Assembly (NCBI GenBank): GCA_035534875.1
Contig: DATLRB010000060.1
Location: 90,241-154,240 of the forward strand
Length of the DNA stretch: 64,000 nt
Direction of reading: 5' to 3'
Source: Candidatus Saccharimonadales bacterium
GTDB lineage: Bacteria; Chloroflexota; Dormibacteria; Aeolococcales; Aeolococcaceae
Shown: positions 25,872-35,173 of the stretch, in pieces
How the letters are laid out: each line of letters starts with the position of its first letter
How positions within the stretch are numbered: position 1 is the first letter of the stretch
Program-made: the position numbers and the translations under genes
The notes under the pieces: model-generated
What the model was told of the DNA's origin: nothing
Database searches by the model: none
Seen by the model: the letters and a program-made list of their open reading frames with translations, nothing else

Positions 25872-26774
25872 ATGCCCAGGCGAGCCACCGGCATCCGCTA
25901 CATCGAGCTGATGAGTGAGATCACGGCGCCGCTCCCGCCCCTGCCGATCGCCGCCATGAGCTCGCCGCCATGGAGGCCCCTTGGGACACCGCTCGAGGAC
26001 GCCACGGTGATGCTGGTGAGCAGTGCCGGGGTCCACCTCCGCTCCGATCCGCCGTTTGCGCCAGTGAATGATCTGAGCTTTCGCCGCATCCCCGCAGACA
26101 CGCCCGCTGCGCTGCTTCGCCCGAGCCACCCGAGCCCGATTCGCAGGCCTGGCCTCATCGACATCAACGTCGTGCATCCGGCAATGCGCTTGTCCGAGCT
26201 GGTGGCGAATGGCCGCATCGGCGCGGTGACCGATCACCACCAGAGCGTGCTCGGGGCCATCAAGTCACTCGTCAAGCTCGTCACCGAACTGGGGCCCGCC
26301 ATGGCAGCGGACGCGCTTGGTGCGGGCGCGACGGTGGTCATGCTCGTACCTCTCTGCCCCGCCTGCCATCAGACGATCGGTCTGCTGGCGCGGGTCTTCG
26401 AGCGTGCGGGGCTGACAACGGTGACCGTGACAGGCGCATGTGATATCACGGAGCGGGTGCGCCCACCGCGAGCGGGCTGGCTCCAATACCCCCTGGGCAA
26501 TTCGATGGGCCGGCCCAACGAGCCCGACGAGCAGCGTGCGATCTGCCTTGACGTCCTCGGCCTTGCAACCTCGGCTGCCAGCCCGGGAGCAATCGCACAC
26601 CTCGACTATCAGTGGCCCGACCCGATGTGGGAGGACCGGGTCGTGCAGCAGTATCGAGATGAGGCGGCAACGGTGATCTCGCAGCGCCGCCACGAGTTCG
26701 ACGCGTCAGGAGCTCACTTCGCTGCGGATGAGGTCGCAGCTGTCGAGTCGATGGGACAGCACGGCTGGGTGTGA
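25872..26774 (+). CDS. glycine/sarcosine/betaine-reductase selenoprotein-B-like family protein (Cys-type, non-selenoprotein)
   Basis: The overall length and motifs ..VMLVSSAGVH.. and VMLVPLCPACHQTIGLLARVFERAGLTTVTVT resemble the GrdB/PrdB-like family as I remember it. No in-frame TGA is present. This is a recollection-level assignment only. Confidence 0.45.
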   Translation: MPRRATGIRYIELMSEITAPLPPLPIAAMSSPPWRPLGTPLEDATVMLVSSAGVHLRSDPPFAPVNDLSFRRIPADTPAALLRPSHPSPIRRPGLIDINVVHPAMRLSELVANGRIGAVTDHHQSVLGAIKSLVKLVTELGPAMAADALGAGATVVMLVPLCPACHQTIGLLARVFERAGLTTVTVTGACDITERVRPPRAGWLQYPLGNSMGRPNEPDEQRAICLDVLGLATSAASPGAIAHLDYQWPDPMWEDRVVQQYRDEAATVISQRRHEFDASGAHFAADEVAAVESMGQHGWV

Positions 26775-26798
26775 AGCGACGACCGGCGGGGCGCCGGC

Positions 26799-28379
26799 TC
26801 AGACGAGCAGCTCGTATCCCCGGAGCGTCAGGAACTCGGCGAGCCGGTCGCTGAAAACGAGCTGAGCGAGCAGCGACCGCGCCTGATCAAGGAAGCCCTC
26901 CACCCGTGATCCGCCGTCGAGCTCGGCGCGGAACAGGGCCGCTTCTTCGTCCTCGATTCGCACAATCAGCTCACGCGTCACCATGCCTCCGCCAGACATC
27001 GACGCGCCGCGCTGCAACCACTGCCACAGTTGTGACCGGCAGATCTCCGCGGTCGCGACGTCCTCCATGAGGTTGAACACCCCTGCGGCCCCATTCCCTC
27101 CGAACCAGGAGGTGAGGTAGCGCAGGCTGACGCTGATGTTGTTGCGAACGCCCGCCTCGGTGACCTCGTGGCCGGCTGAGTCGAGGTCGAGCAGATCGCG
27201 GGCGGTCACCGTGACGTCCTCGCGAAGGCGATCGAGCTGGTTGGGCCTGCCCGCCAGCACGGCGTCGAACTCCTCGCGTGCCGTCTCCACAAGGTCGGGG
27301 TGCGCGACCCACGTGCCGTCGAAGCCGTCCCCCGCCTCCCGACGCTTGTCCGCCCGGACACCGGCGAGTGCGGCGGCGGTCGCCTGAGCATCGCGACGGT
27401 TGGGGATCAGCGCCGCCATGCCGCCGATGGCGTGCGCCCCGCGGCGATGGCACGTGCGCACGAGCAGCTCGGTGTACGCACGCATGAACGGCACCGTCAT
27501 CGTCAGCCGCTCCCGGTCCGGGAGCACGCCTCGATCCTGCTTCGCGAAGGTCTTCACCGCGCTGAACATGTAATCCCACCGCCCAGCGTTGAGACCGGCT
27601 GAATGATCCCGCAACTCGTAGAGGATCTCATCCATCTCGAATGCCGCCGGCATCGTTTCGATGAGCACCGTCGCGCGGATGGAGCCGGTCATCAGGCCAA
27701 GATGGTCCTCCGTGAAGTCGAAGACGTCGTTCCACAGTCGCGCCTCGAGGTGGCTCTGCAGCTTGGGGAGGTAGAGGTACGCGTTGGTCCCGCGATCCTG
27801 CAGGTGCCCGGCGTTGTGAAACGCGAAGAGTCCGAAGTCGAAAAGGCTCGCCGAGACCGCCACGCCGTCGAGGAGGAAGTGCTTTTCGGTGAGGTGCCAT
27901 CCACGGGGACGAACCATCAGGGTCGCGACTCTGTCGTGCAACCGATACTCGCGGCCGTCCGGGCCGGCGTGGGTGAGCGTCCTGTTCACCGCGTCACGGA
28001 GATTGGCCTGCCCTTGAACGATGTTCGCCCACGTTGGGGAGTTCGAGTCCTCGAAGTCGGCCATGTACCCTGTGGCACCAGAGTTGAGCGCGTTGATCAG
28101 CATCTTCCGGTCCGTCGGTCCGGTGATCTCGACACGCCGGTCGAGCAGGTCGTGTGGCGCCCGAGCAACAGTCCACGCACCGGCGCGCACGCCCGCGGTG
28201 TCAGGGAGGAAGTCGAGCGATCCACCTGCGTCGACCCGCGCCTGCACCGCGGCGCGGCGGGCGAGGAGCCGCTCCCGCACCGGGTTGAACCGAGTGTGGA
28301 GTGTGGCGACGAATTGCTGCGCCGGGGTGGTCAGCACCGAAGCACCCGATGCCGACGCCGGCCCCTCGATCGTGATCAC
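26799..28379 (-). CDS. aceB: malate synthase A
   Basis: 526 aa. RRVEITGPTDRKMLINALNSGA..YMADFEDS.SPTW.N...GQ.NL, PRGWHL.EKH and the C-terminal pattern are typical of AceB. Confidence 0.92.
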   Translation of the reverse strand: MITIEGPASASGASVLTTPAQQFVATLHTRFNPVRERLLARRAAVQARVDAGGSLDFLPDTAGVRAGAWTVARAPHDLLDRRVEITGPTDRKMLINALNSGATGYMADFEDSNSPTWANIVQGQANLRDAVNRTLTHAGPDGREYRLHDRVATLMVRPRGWHLTEKHFLLDGVAVSASLFDFGLFAFHNAGHLQDRGTNAYLYLPKLQSHLEARLWNDVFDFTEDHLGLMTGSIRATVLIETMPAAFEMDEILYELRDHSAGLNAGRWDYMFSAVKTFAKQDRGVLPDRERLTMTVPFMRAYTELLVRTCHRRGAHAIGGMAALIPNRRDAQATAAALAGVRADKRREAGDGFDGTWVAHPDLVETAREEFDAVLAGRPNQLDRLREDVTVTARDLLDLDSAGHEVTEAGVRNNISVSLRYLTSWFGGNGAAGVFNLMEDVATAEICRSQLWQWLQRGASMSGGGMVTRELIVRIEDEEAALFRAELDGGSRVEGFLDQARSLLAQLVFSDRLAEFLTLRGYELLV

Positions 28380-28475
28380 GCATACCTCTCCAGCGGATGC
28401 TTGGCGCTATGGTAGACTTGTTACGCCCTACGGACGTAGTGACTGCCGACGGCCGCTCGCCGGCGCGCTGACAAG

Positions 28476-29345
28476 GTGGATGCGATGACGGACCATGGGG
28501 AGGCAATCGCTGAACGCCTCACACAACTTGGGTTCACGCAGTACGAGGCACGCACGTATCTCGGACTGCTCCAGACGGACAGCGCAACCGGCTACTCGAT
28601 AGCGAACGACACGGGCGTCCCCCAGCCCAAGGTGTACGAGACGCTGCGTCGCCTGGTGGAGCGGGGCGCGGCGGCGCGCACCGGCGAGAAGCCCGCCCGC
28701 TACCGGGCCGTTCCTCCGGATGCGCTCCTCCAGGGCATCGAGAAGGACTTCGCCGCGCGGGTCGCGGCCGCTCGCCACGACCTCGAGTCGCTACCGCGTC
28801 GCGAGAGCCCGGCAGAGCTGCTCCCCGTTTCCCGCGTTGAGTCGTTCGCCCCGGCCGTCGAGGCCGCGTCCGCGGCAATCGCGGCGGCCCACACCCGCGT
28901 GTATCTCAGCGGAAACCGTGACGAGCTTGCGGGGCTGCGCGCCGCGGTCGGCCTGGCATCGAACGCGGGAGTGGAATTCGTCGTCGTCCATTTCGGCCGG
29001 CTTCCGTTCCCTTCGCCACCCGGTCAGGTCATCCGCCACGCAAGCACCGACGGCGCCATCTACCGGTCTCGCCACGCGCGTCATCTGGCGGTGGCCGTCG
29101 ACTCGCGCTGGGCGCTCTGGGGCGTCGCCCGTGACGGCACGCAATGGGACATCCTCACCAGCGAATCGCCGCTGCTCGCCGGCTTGGTCAAGGCGTACAT
29201 CCGCCACGACATGTTCGTCCAGCGGATCTTCGCGGACCTCCCTGCGGAGCTCGAGCGGCTCTACGGCTCCGGGCTCCTCGAGCTCGATCACCTGTCCTGG
29301 TCCGGCGAGCGGAGCGGCGCCGACCATGCAGAGGGGGCCGGCTGA
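28476..29345 (+). CDS. TrmB family transcriptional regulator
   Basis: The N-terminal LTQLGFTQYEARTYLGLLQ....TGYSIANDTGVPQPKVYETLRRLVERG is the TrmB wHTH. The start is GTG 28476 or ATG 28485. Confidence 0.75.
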   Translation: MDAMTDHGEAIAERLTQLGFTQYEARTYLGLLQTDSATGYSIANDTGVPQPKVYETLRRLVERGAAARTGEKPARYRAVPPDALLQGIEKDFAARVAAARHDLESLPRRESPAELLPVSRVESFAPAVEAASAAIAAAHTRVYLSGNRDELAGLRAAVGLASNAGVEFVVVHFGRLPFPSPPGQVIRHASTDGAIYRSRHARHLAVAVDSRWALWGVARDGTQWDILTSESPLLAGLVKAYIRHDMFVQRIFADLPAELERLYGSGLLELDHLSWSGERSGADHAEGAG

Positions 29346-29401
29346 GTTGCCAACACGATGACCGCGGTCCGGCTCCGGTCACTGCCACCCTCGGTCGAGT
29401 G

Positions 29402-30274
29402 ATGCGCACGATCGACCTCCACTGCTATCCCGGCACGCCCGAGTGGATTGCTTCGCAGGGTCCCTTCGTCGAGGCGCTGGCGACGTACTGGAAGCGCGAC
29501 TGGGTGGGCAAGGCGGAGGCGGAGGTCACCGCCGACTTCAGACGCGCTGGTGTCAAAGCCGTCCTGGTGGCGTTCGATATCGAGTCGGTGACCGGGTCGC
29601 CGCCGTGCACCAACGAATACGTCGCGGGCATGCGGGATCGCAACCGCGACACCATCCTGCAGGCGTGGGGAGCGGTCGATCCACTCAAGGGCAGCGCGGC
29701 CATCGCCGAGGCAGAGCGCGCGGTCAACGAGTTTCACGTGCTCGGCTTCCACTTCCATCCGATCATGGGCCATTTCTCGGTCGACGACCCGGCGCTGCGT
29801 CCGCTGTTCGATGCGATCGCCGGCCTCGGCGTGCCCGTGATGATCGACGTCGGCACGACCGGCATGGGTGCCGGGCTACCGGGTGGGCTCGGCTCCAAAC
29901 TTCGCCATGCGCACCCGATGTCGATCGACGATCTCGCCGGCAACTTTCCGAACCTCACCATCGTCGCCGCGCATCCCGGGTGGCCCTGGGTCGAGGAGAT
30001 GACCGCGGTGGCGCTCCACAAGGGCAACGTCTTCTGGGAGGTATCCGGCTGGGCTCCGAAATACCTCCCTGACAGTCTCAAACGGGACATCCGCGGCCGG
30101 TTGCGGGACAAGGTCATGTTCGGCAGCGACTATCCGAGCATGCCCTACGAGCGCATCTTCCGCGAATGGGAGGAACTCGGCTACTCCCATGAGGTCATGT
30201 CCGGCATCTTCCACGCCAACGCCGAGCGCATCCTCGGGCTCGACCCGGCAACGGCCGTGGAAAACGCCGGGTGA
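29402..30274 (+). CDS. amidohydrolase_2 (TIM-barrel metal-dependent hydrolase) family protein
   Basis: MRTIDLHCYPG.., ..HFHP.., AAHPGWPW and MFGSDYP are the Amidohydro_2 landmarks. I chose ATG 29402. The track start 29144 overlaps the TrmB gene with Arg-rich sequence. Confidence 0.8.
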   Translation: MRTIDLHCYPGTPEWIASQGPFVEALATYWKRDWVGKAEAEVTADFRRAGVKAVLVAFDIESVTGSPPCTNEYVAGMRDRNRDTILQAWGAVDPLKGSAAIAEAERAVNEFHVLGFHFHPIMGHFSVDDPALRPLFDAIAGLGVPVMIDVGTTGMGAGLPGGLGSKLRHAHPMSIDDLAGNFPNLTIVAAHPGWPWVEEMTAVALHKGNVFWEVSGWAPKYLPDSLKRDIRGRLRDKVMFGSDYPSMPYERIFREWEELGYSHEVMSGIFHANAERILGLDPATAVENAG

Positions 30275-31041
30275 GCGCAGACGCAGTTCGCCCGGTCGCA
30301 CTGGTCACCGGGGCTGCGCGAGGAATCGGCCGCAGCACCGCGATCGCCTGCGCACGCCACGGCTTCGACGTCGTGCTCAACTTCAGCCGCAGCCGCGCGG
30401 CAACCGAAGCCGTGGCCGCTGAGGTCGTGGCGCTCGGCGCGCGAACGCTGCTTGTTCAGGCCGATGTCGCCGATGAGCCGCTCGTCCAGGAGATGCTGCG
30501 CACGGTGGGCAGCGAATTCGGCCGTCTCGATGCGCTCGTCAACAATGCCGGGACCACGGTGTCGACGCCGCCGAGCGACCTCGACAGCCTGCGCATGGAG
30601 GACTGGGACCGCGTGTTCGCCGTCAACGTCCGGGGCACCTTTCAGGTGACCCGGGCTGCGGCGCCGCTGCTGCGCCAGTCTCCCCACGGAGCCGTCGTCA
30701 ACCTCGCGAGCATCGTTGGACTCAGACCGGGACCGCAGCCGTTCCCGTATGCGGCGAGCAAGGCGGCCATCGTCAATCTCACGCGGACGCTGGCCGGTGC
30801 GCTTGGACCGGCGATTCGCGTGAACGCCGTTGCGCCGGGGTGGATGGTCGGCGACTGGATGGAGGAGGCGCTCGGCGACAACTACGAGCGACTGATGGAG
30901 CGGCGCGCGAAGCTGACGCCGCTGCGGCGCTGCGTGACCCCGGACGAGGTTGCGGAGACGATTCTCAGCCTGCTGGTGAGCAATCCGTTCGTCACCGGTG
31001 AAACCGTCGTCATCGACGGCGGATTCAGCGCGACGACGTAG
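30271..31041 (+). CDS. SDR family oxidoreductase (FabG-like)
   Basis: TGAARGIGRS (TGxxxGxG), NNAG and YAASKAA (YxxxK) are present. GTG overlaps the upstream stop (GTGA). Confidence 0.9.
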   Translation: MSADAVRPVALVTGAARGIGRSTAIACARHGFDVVLNFSRSRAATEAVAAEVVALGARTLLVQADVADEPLVQEMLRTVGSEFGRLDALVNNAGTTVSTPPSDLDSLRMEDWDRVFAVNVRGTFQVTRAAAPLLRQSPHGAVVNLASIVGLRPGPQPFPYAASKAAIVNLTRTLAGALGPAIRVNAVAPGWMVGDWMEEALGDNYERLMERRAKLTPLRRCVTPDEVAETILSLLVSNPFVTGETVVIDGGFSATT

Positions 31042-31049
31042 CCGAGCTC

Positions 31050-32633
31050 GTGCCCCCCGTCGACGGCGTCGTCCCGTTTCCGCCAGAGTTCGCGGCGCGC
31101 TATCGCGCCGCCGGGTACTGGGAGGACCGCACCCTCGACGACGTGTTCAGCCGACTCTTTGCGGAGCACGCGGAACGTGTCGCGCTCCTCCACGCTGATG
31201 CAACCATCACGTACCGGCAGCTCGCAGCGCGCAGGGCATCCCTCGCTGCGCGGTTGCACGACATTGGGCTGCGCCGCAACGACCGTGTGGTCATGCACCT
31301 TCCGAATGCACCGGAATTCCTCTATCTGTACTTCGCACTCCAGATGCTCGGCGTCATCCCGGTCCTCGCGCTCGCACCGCACCGGCGGCTCGAGATCGAC
31401 CATTTCGTCAAGCTGACCGACGCGATCGCGTACTTCGGCACCGACCCCGAGCTGGGCCGGGTCATACGCGATGCCAATCCCGGGCTCCGCCACGTGATCC
31501 TGATGGACGAGCTCGTGCCCGTGCTCGGAAGCGCCGAGCCACCCCACGTCGATATCGATCCGACCGACCCGTGCTGCCTCCTGCTCTCCGGCGGCACCAC
31601 CGGGATCCCCAAGCTGATCCCGCGCACCCACAACGACTACGTCTACAACTCGCGCGCCGCCGCGGCGGTGCATTACATCGACCGCGACAGCTGCCAGCTG
31701 GCGGTGGCGCCGCTCGCACACAACATGCCGCTTGCCTGTCCCGGCGTCCAGGGCTTTCTCATGCACGGGGCTCGCGTGGTGCTGAGCGAGGGAACGCGCG
31801 CCACCGAGATCCTCCCGCTCGTCGAGCGCCACCGGATCACGCACATCGCGGCGGTCCCCGCCCTCTACATCCGCTGGCTCGCCGATCCGCACGCCGGCGA
31901 CCACGACATGTCGTCGGTCCAGCTGCTCCAGTCGGGCGGGCAGCGTCTGCAGCCCGAGCTGCGCCGGCAGATGGCCGAGTTCTTCCCCAATGCGTTCGTG
32001 CAGGAGAACTTCGGCATGAGCGAGGGCACGCTCTTCTTCGTGCGCAAGGACCAGCCGGAGGAGGCGCGAATGGAGACCGTCGGATTGCCGGTGTCTCCCG
32101 ACGATGAGGTCAGGCTCTGTGATGAGTCCGGCGCCGAGGTCCCCGACGGCGAGGTCGGAGAGTTGACCGTGCGCGGGCCCTACACGCTGCGGGGGTACTA
32201 CCGCGCTCCCGAATACAACGCGCGCCAGTTCACGCCGGACGGCTTCTATCGCTCCGGTGACCTGATGCGGCGTCACCCTTCGGGCGCCTACCTCGTCGAG
32301 GGGCGCATCAAGGACCTCATCAATCGGGGTGGCGAGAAGATCAGCGCCGAGGAGATCGAGAATCTCATCCTCATGCATCCGGCGGTGCGCAACATCGCGT
32401 GCGTCCCCTACCCGGACCCGGTGCTCGGGGAGAGGATGTGCGCGTGCGTGATCCTCCGCTCCGGCGCACAGCTCACCCTCGATGCCCTCGCGCAGTTTCT
32501 TCTTGACCTCGGCATCGCGAAGTTCAAGCTCCCCGAGCGGCTCGAGATCATGGACGACTTTCCGCTCTCTCCGTTCGGCAAGACCTCCAAGAAGGCGATC
32601 GCCGAAGACTTACGCCATTGGAGTGCCGCATGA
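31050..32633 (+). CDS. aryl-acid adenylating enzyme, (2,3-dihydroxybenzoate)-AMP ligase (DhbE/EntE)-like
   Basis: The N-terminus ..FPPEFAARYRAAGYWEDRTLDD.. resembles EntE/DhbE. AMP-binding motifs LLLSGGTTGIPKLIPRTH, QNFGMSEG, YRSGDL and GRIKDLINRGGEKISAEEIE are present. Confidence 0.85.
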   Translation: MPPVDGVVPFPPEFAARYRAAGYWEDRTLDDVFSRLFAEHAERVALLHADATITYRQLAARRASLAARLHDIGLRRNDRVVMHLPNAPEFLYLYFALQMLGVIPVLALAPHRRLEIDHFVKLTDAIAYFGTDPELGRVIRDANPGLRHVILMDELVPVLGSAEPPHVDIDPTDPCCLLLSGGTTGIPKLIPRTHNDYVYNSRAAAAVHYIDRDSCQLAVAPLAHNMPLACPGVQGFLMHGARVVLSEGTRATEILPLVERHRITHIAAVPALYIRWLADPHAGDHDMSSVQLLQSGGQRLQPELRRQMAEFFPNAFVQENFGMSEGTLFFVRKDQPEEARMETVGLPVSPDDEVRLCDESGAEVPDGEVGELTVRGPYTLRGYYRAPEYNARQFTPDGFYRSGDLMRRHPSGAYLVEGRIKDLINRGGEKISAEEIENLILMHPAVRNIACVPYPDPVLGERMCACVILRSGAQLTLDALAQFLLDLGIAKFKLPERLEIMDDFPLSPFGKTSKKAIAEDLRHWSAA

Positions 32634-33613
32634 CTGTCATCGACGCATATGCGCACGTGTTCCCCATGCGTCTCATCGAGGCGCTCGAGGACGTGAGCCC
32701 GAGCGCGGAGCTGCGCGCGCTCCACAACCAGAGCTCGTACCTCCACGACGATCAGCGGCGTATCGCGTACATGGACGAGCACGGTTTCGACCTCCAGGTT
32801 CTCGTGCTCGCCCGGCCCCCGGTCTGGCTCGGCATGGACCGCGCTGACATCCACCGGCTCACCCGTGTCGCGAACGACAGCATCGCCGACTTCGCCGCAC
32901 GTCACCCCGAGCGGTTCATCGGAGTCGGTGTGGTTCCAGTCGTCGACGACGTCATGATGGAGGAGTTCGAGCGACTCCACACCGAACTCGGTCTCCGCGG
33001 CGTCCTGATCTTCTCCAACATCGAGGGCAAACCGCTGGACGACCCGTCGATGTGGCCGCTCTACGAGCGCGCGGCCGCGACCGGCGTACCGATCTGGATC
33101 CATCCACAGCACGCGAACTTCTATCCATGGATCGGCAAGGATGTTCTCGATCGCACACTCGCATGGCCATTCGACACGTCCCTGGCGATGGCGCGCCTCG
33201 TGTACGGCGGCGTCTTCGAGAAGCATCCCGACATCAAGTTCGTGACCCACCACATGGGCGGCATGATCCCGTACTTCGCATCGCGCATCGACGCGTTCTC
33301 ACGCAGCACCGCGCCCGCGTACGCGCGGCTCGGCATCGGGGAGAGCAGCGGTCCGCAGCTCACGGGACCGGTGATCGACCACTTCCGACACTTCTACAAC
33401 GACTCGGTCAGCAACGGCTCGACTGACTCGCTCGGGCTCGCACTGCGGTTCTTCGGCTCCGACCACATCCTCTTCGGGACGGACTTCCCGTTTGGGCCGG
33501 AGGACGGGTCCTGGGCGGTGGAGGAGTTACGCGCCGTGCGGGCGATGAATATCTCCGAAGCCGATCGCGAGCGAATCCTGCACGGCAATCTGGAGACCCT
33601 GATCGGTCTGTAG
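32630..33613 (+). CDS. amidohydrolase_2 family protein, ACMSD-like non-oxidative decarboxylase/hydrolase
   Basis: ATG overlaps the upstream stop (ATGA). VIDAYAHVFP, WPFDTSLAMARLVYGGVFEKHPDIKFVTHHMGGMIPY and LFGTDFPF are typical of the ACMSD/resorcylate-decarboxylase branch. Confidence 0.8.
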   Translation: MTVIDAYAHVFPMRLIEALEDVSPSAELRALHNQSSYLHDDQRRIAYMDEHGFDLQVLVLARPPVWLGMDRADIHRLTRVANDSIADFAARHPERFIGVGVVPVVDDVMMEEFERLHTELGLRGVLIFSNIEGKPLDDPSMWPLYERAAATGVPIWIHPQHANFYPWIGKDVLDRTLAWPFDTSLAMARLVYGGVFEKHPDIKFVTHHMGGMIPYFASRIDAFSRSTAPAYARLGIGESSGPQLTGPVIDHFRHFYNDSVSNGSTDSLGLALRFFGSDHILFGTDFPFGPEDGSWAVEELRAVRAMNISEADRERILHGNLETLIGL

Positions 33614-33634
33614 TGGTGCGCTCTCGCCGGGCGG

Positions 33635-34408
33635 CTACCGTGCTCGCTCGGCGCCTGCCTCCGCCGGTGCCGTTGCCCCGAGAAAGATCTCACGCATATC
33701 CGGTTTCGCCAGGACCTCCTTGGCATCCGCGGACATCACCACCTCGCCGCGGACGAGCATGTAGGCCCAGTCGGAGATGCCCAGCGCAGCCACGGCCTTC
33801 TGCTCGACGAGCAGCACCGCCTTGCCGAGGTCACCGAGGGCGCGGACCTGGGTCTCGAGGACGGCTTTCGAAAGCTCCGGCGACAGACCGGCGGTCGGCT
33901 CGTCGAGGACGAGGACGGATGGATCCAGCATCAGGACGCGCGCGATTGCGGTCATCTTGCGCTCACCTCCGCTGAGCGTCTCGACGTAGCGGTTGAGGCG
34001 TGGCTTCAGCTGTGGGAACACGGCGAGCGCACGCTCCAGACGCTCGGCACGCTGCGCCTTGTTGAAGAGGTAGCCGCCCATGTCGAGGTTCTCGCGCACG
34101 CGCAGGCCGTCGAAGACGTCATCGACCTGGGGCACATAGCCGATGCCGAGTCGAGCGAGTTTCTCGAGCGGAAGCCCGGTGACGTCGACACCGTTGAGCT
34201 CGACGCGTCCGGAGTCGACGCGCGCGATGCCCAGGATCGCCTTGAGCAACGTGCTCTTGCCGGCGCCGTTCGGGCCGACGACAGCAACCACCTGTCCCTT
34301 CGCGACGTCCATGTCGAGGTTGGTGACGATCGGCGGCCCGCCATAGCCGGCCGTGATGCCGCGAATCGCCAGTGCCAGCGGGGGGTTCTGCGCGTCAACC
34401 GATGACAT
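33635..34408 (-). CDS. livF: branched-chain-amino-acid-type ABC transporter ATP-binding protein (LivF-like)
   Basis: GPNGAGKSTLLKAI, LSGGERKMTAIARVL and LVLDEPTAGLSP are present. Confidence 0.9.
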   Translation of the reverse strand: MSSVDAQNPPLALAIRGITAGYGGPPIVTNLDMDVAKGQVVAVVGPNGAGKSTLLKAILGIARVDSGRVELNGVDVTGLPLEKLARLGIGYVPQVDDVFDGLRVRENLDMGGYLFNKAQRAERLERALAVFPQLKPRLNRYVETLSGGERKMTAIARVLMLDPSVLVLDEPTAGLSPELSKAVLETQVRALGDLGKAVLLVEQKAVAALGISDWAYMLVRGEVVMSADAKEVLAKPDMREIFLGATAPAEAGAERAR

Positions 34409-35167
34409 ATGCGTCCTGCACCTCGCGGCTCAGGCGGAGCTCCGACATCCTGCCCTCGGAGAGCACCTTCCCCTGTGCCATGACAACCACGTTGCCGCAG
34501 AGCTTGTCGACGGTTTCCAGCTCGTGCTCGACGAGGAGCAGCGAGAGGCCACCCTCGGCGAGGTCGAGGAGCACATCTTCGAGGTGTCGCGAAAGGCTCG
34601 GGCTCAACCCCGCCATGGGTTCGTCGAGGAGGAGCAGCTTGGGTTGCATCATGAGCGCGCGCATGATCTCGATCGCGCGCTTCTGGCCGCCACTGAGCGT
34701 GCCTGCCAGGTCGTTTGCCTTCGGCCCCATGGAGAACGTCTGGAGCATGGCCTGCGCCTGATCGATCAGTTCCGTCTCCTGGCCGCGCCAGAGGCGCCGG
34801 CCGCCGAGGACCCCGCTCGCGCGTTCCCCACGCTGGTGCGGCGCCGCGACGAGGAGGTTCTCCAGCGTCGTGAGACTGGCGAAGACCCGCGCCATCTGGA
34901 ATGTTCGCACCAGGCCCAGACGGGCGCGCGAATGCATGGGCATACCGGTGATATCGACGCCGTCGAAGCGGACGCGACCGCCGCTCGGTTGCACGAATCC
35001 GCCGATCATGGCCAGCGCGGTCGACTTCCCGGCGCCGTTGGGTCCGATCAGCCCGGTGATGGCTCCGCGCGTCACAGTGAACGAGATGCCGTCGACGGCG
35101 CGAACGCCGCCGTAGTGCTTTTCGAGGCGGTCGACTTCGAGGATCGGAGCGGTCGCGGCGAGTGCCA
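34395..35167 (-). CDS. livG: branched-chain-amino-acid-type ABC transporter ATP-binding protein (LivG-like)
   Basis: GPNGAGKSTALAMI, LSGGQKRAIEIMRAL and LLLDEPMAGLSP are present. I chose GTG 35167, 7 nt after the livM-like stop. The track ORF to 35669 runs out of frame through the permease gene. Confidence 0.88.
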
Positions 35168-35173
35168 CCGGCT

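Noticed and set aside
28428-28439. Palindrome CTACG-GA-CGTAG in the aceB/TrmB divergent region as a TrmB operator
   Set aside because: It has only 5-bp arms, a single copy, and no resemblance to known TrmB sites that I can verify. It is too weak to call as a feature.
30882-32378. 498-aa ORF on the minus strand, antisense to the aryl-AMP ligase gene
   Set aside because: Its composition is dominated by Arg/Asp/His/Gly/Val (..RRHRQLAAVAVDVMHRRGGARVVDVVVV..), it has no recognisable motifs, and it lies entirely inside a gene with clear AMP-binding motifs. This is a typical high-GC shadow ORF.
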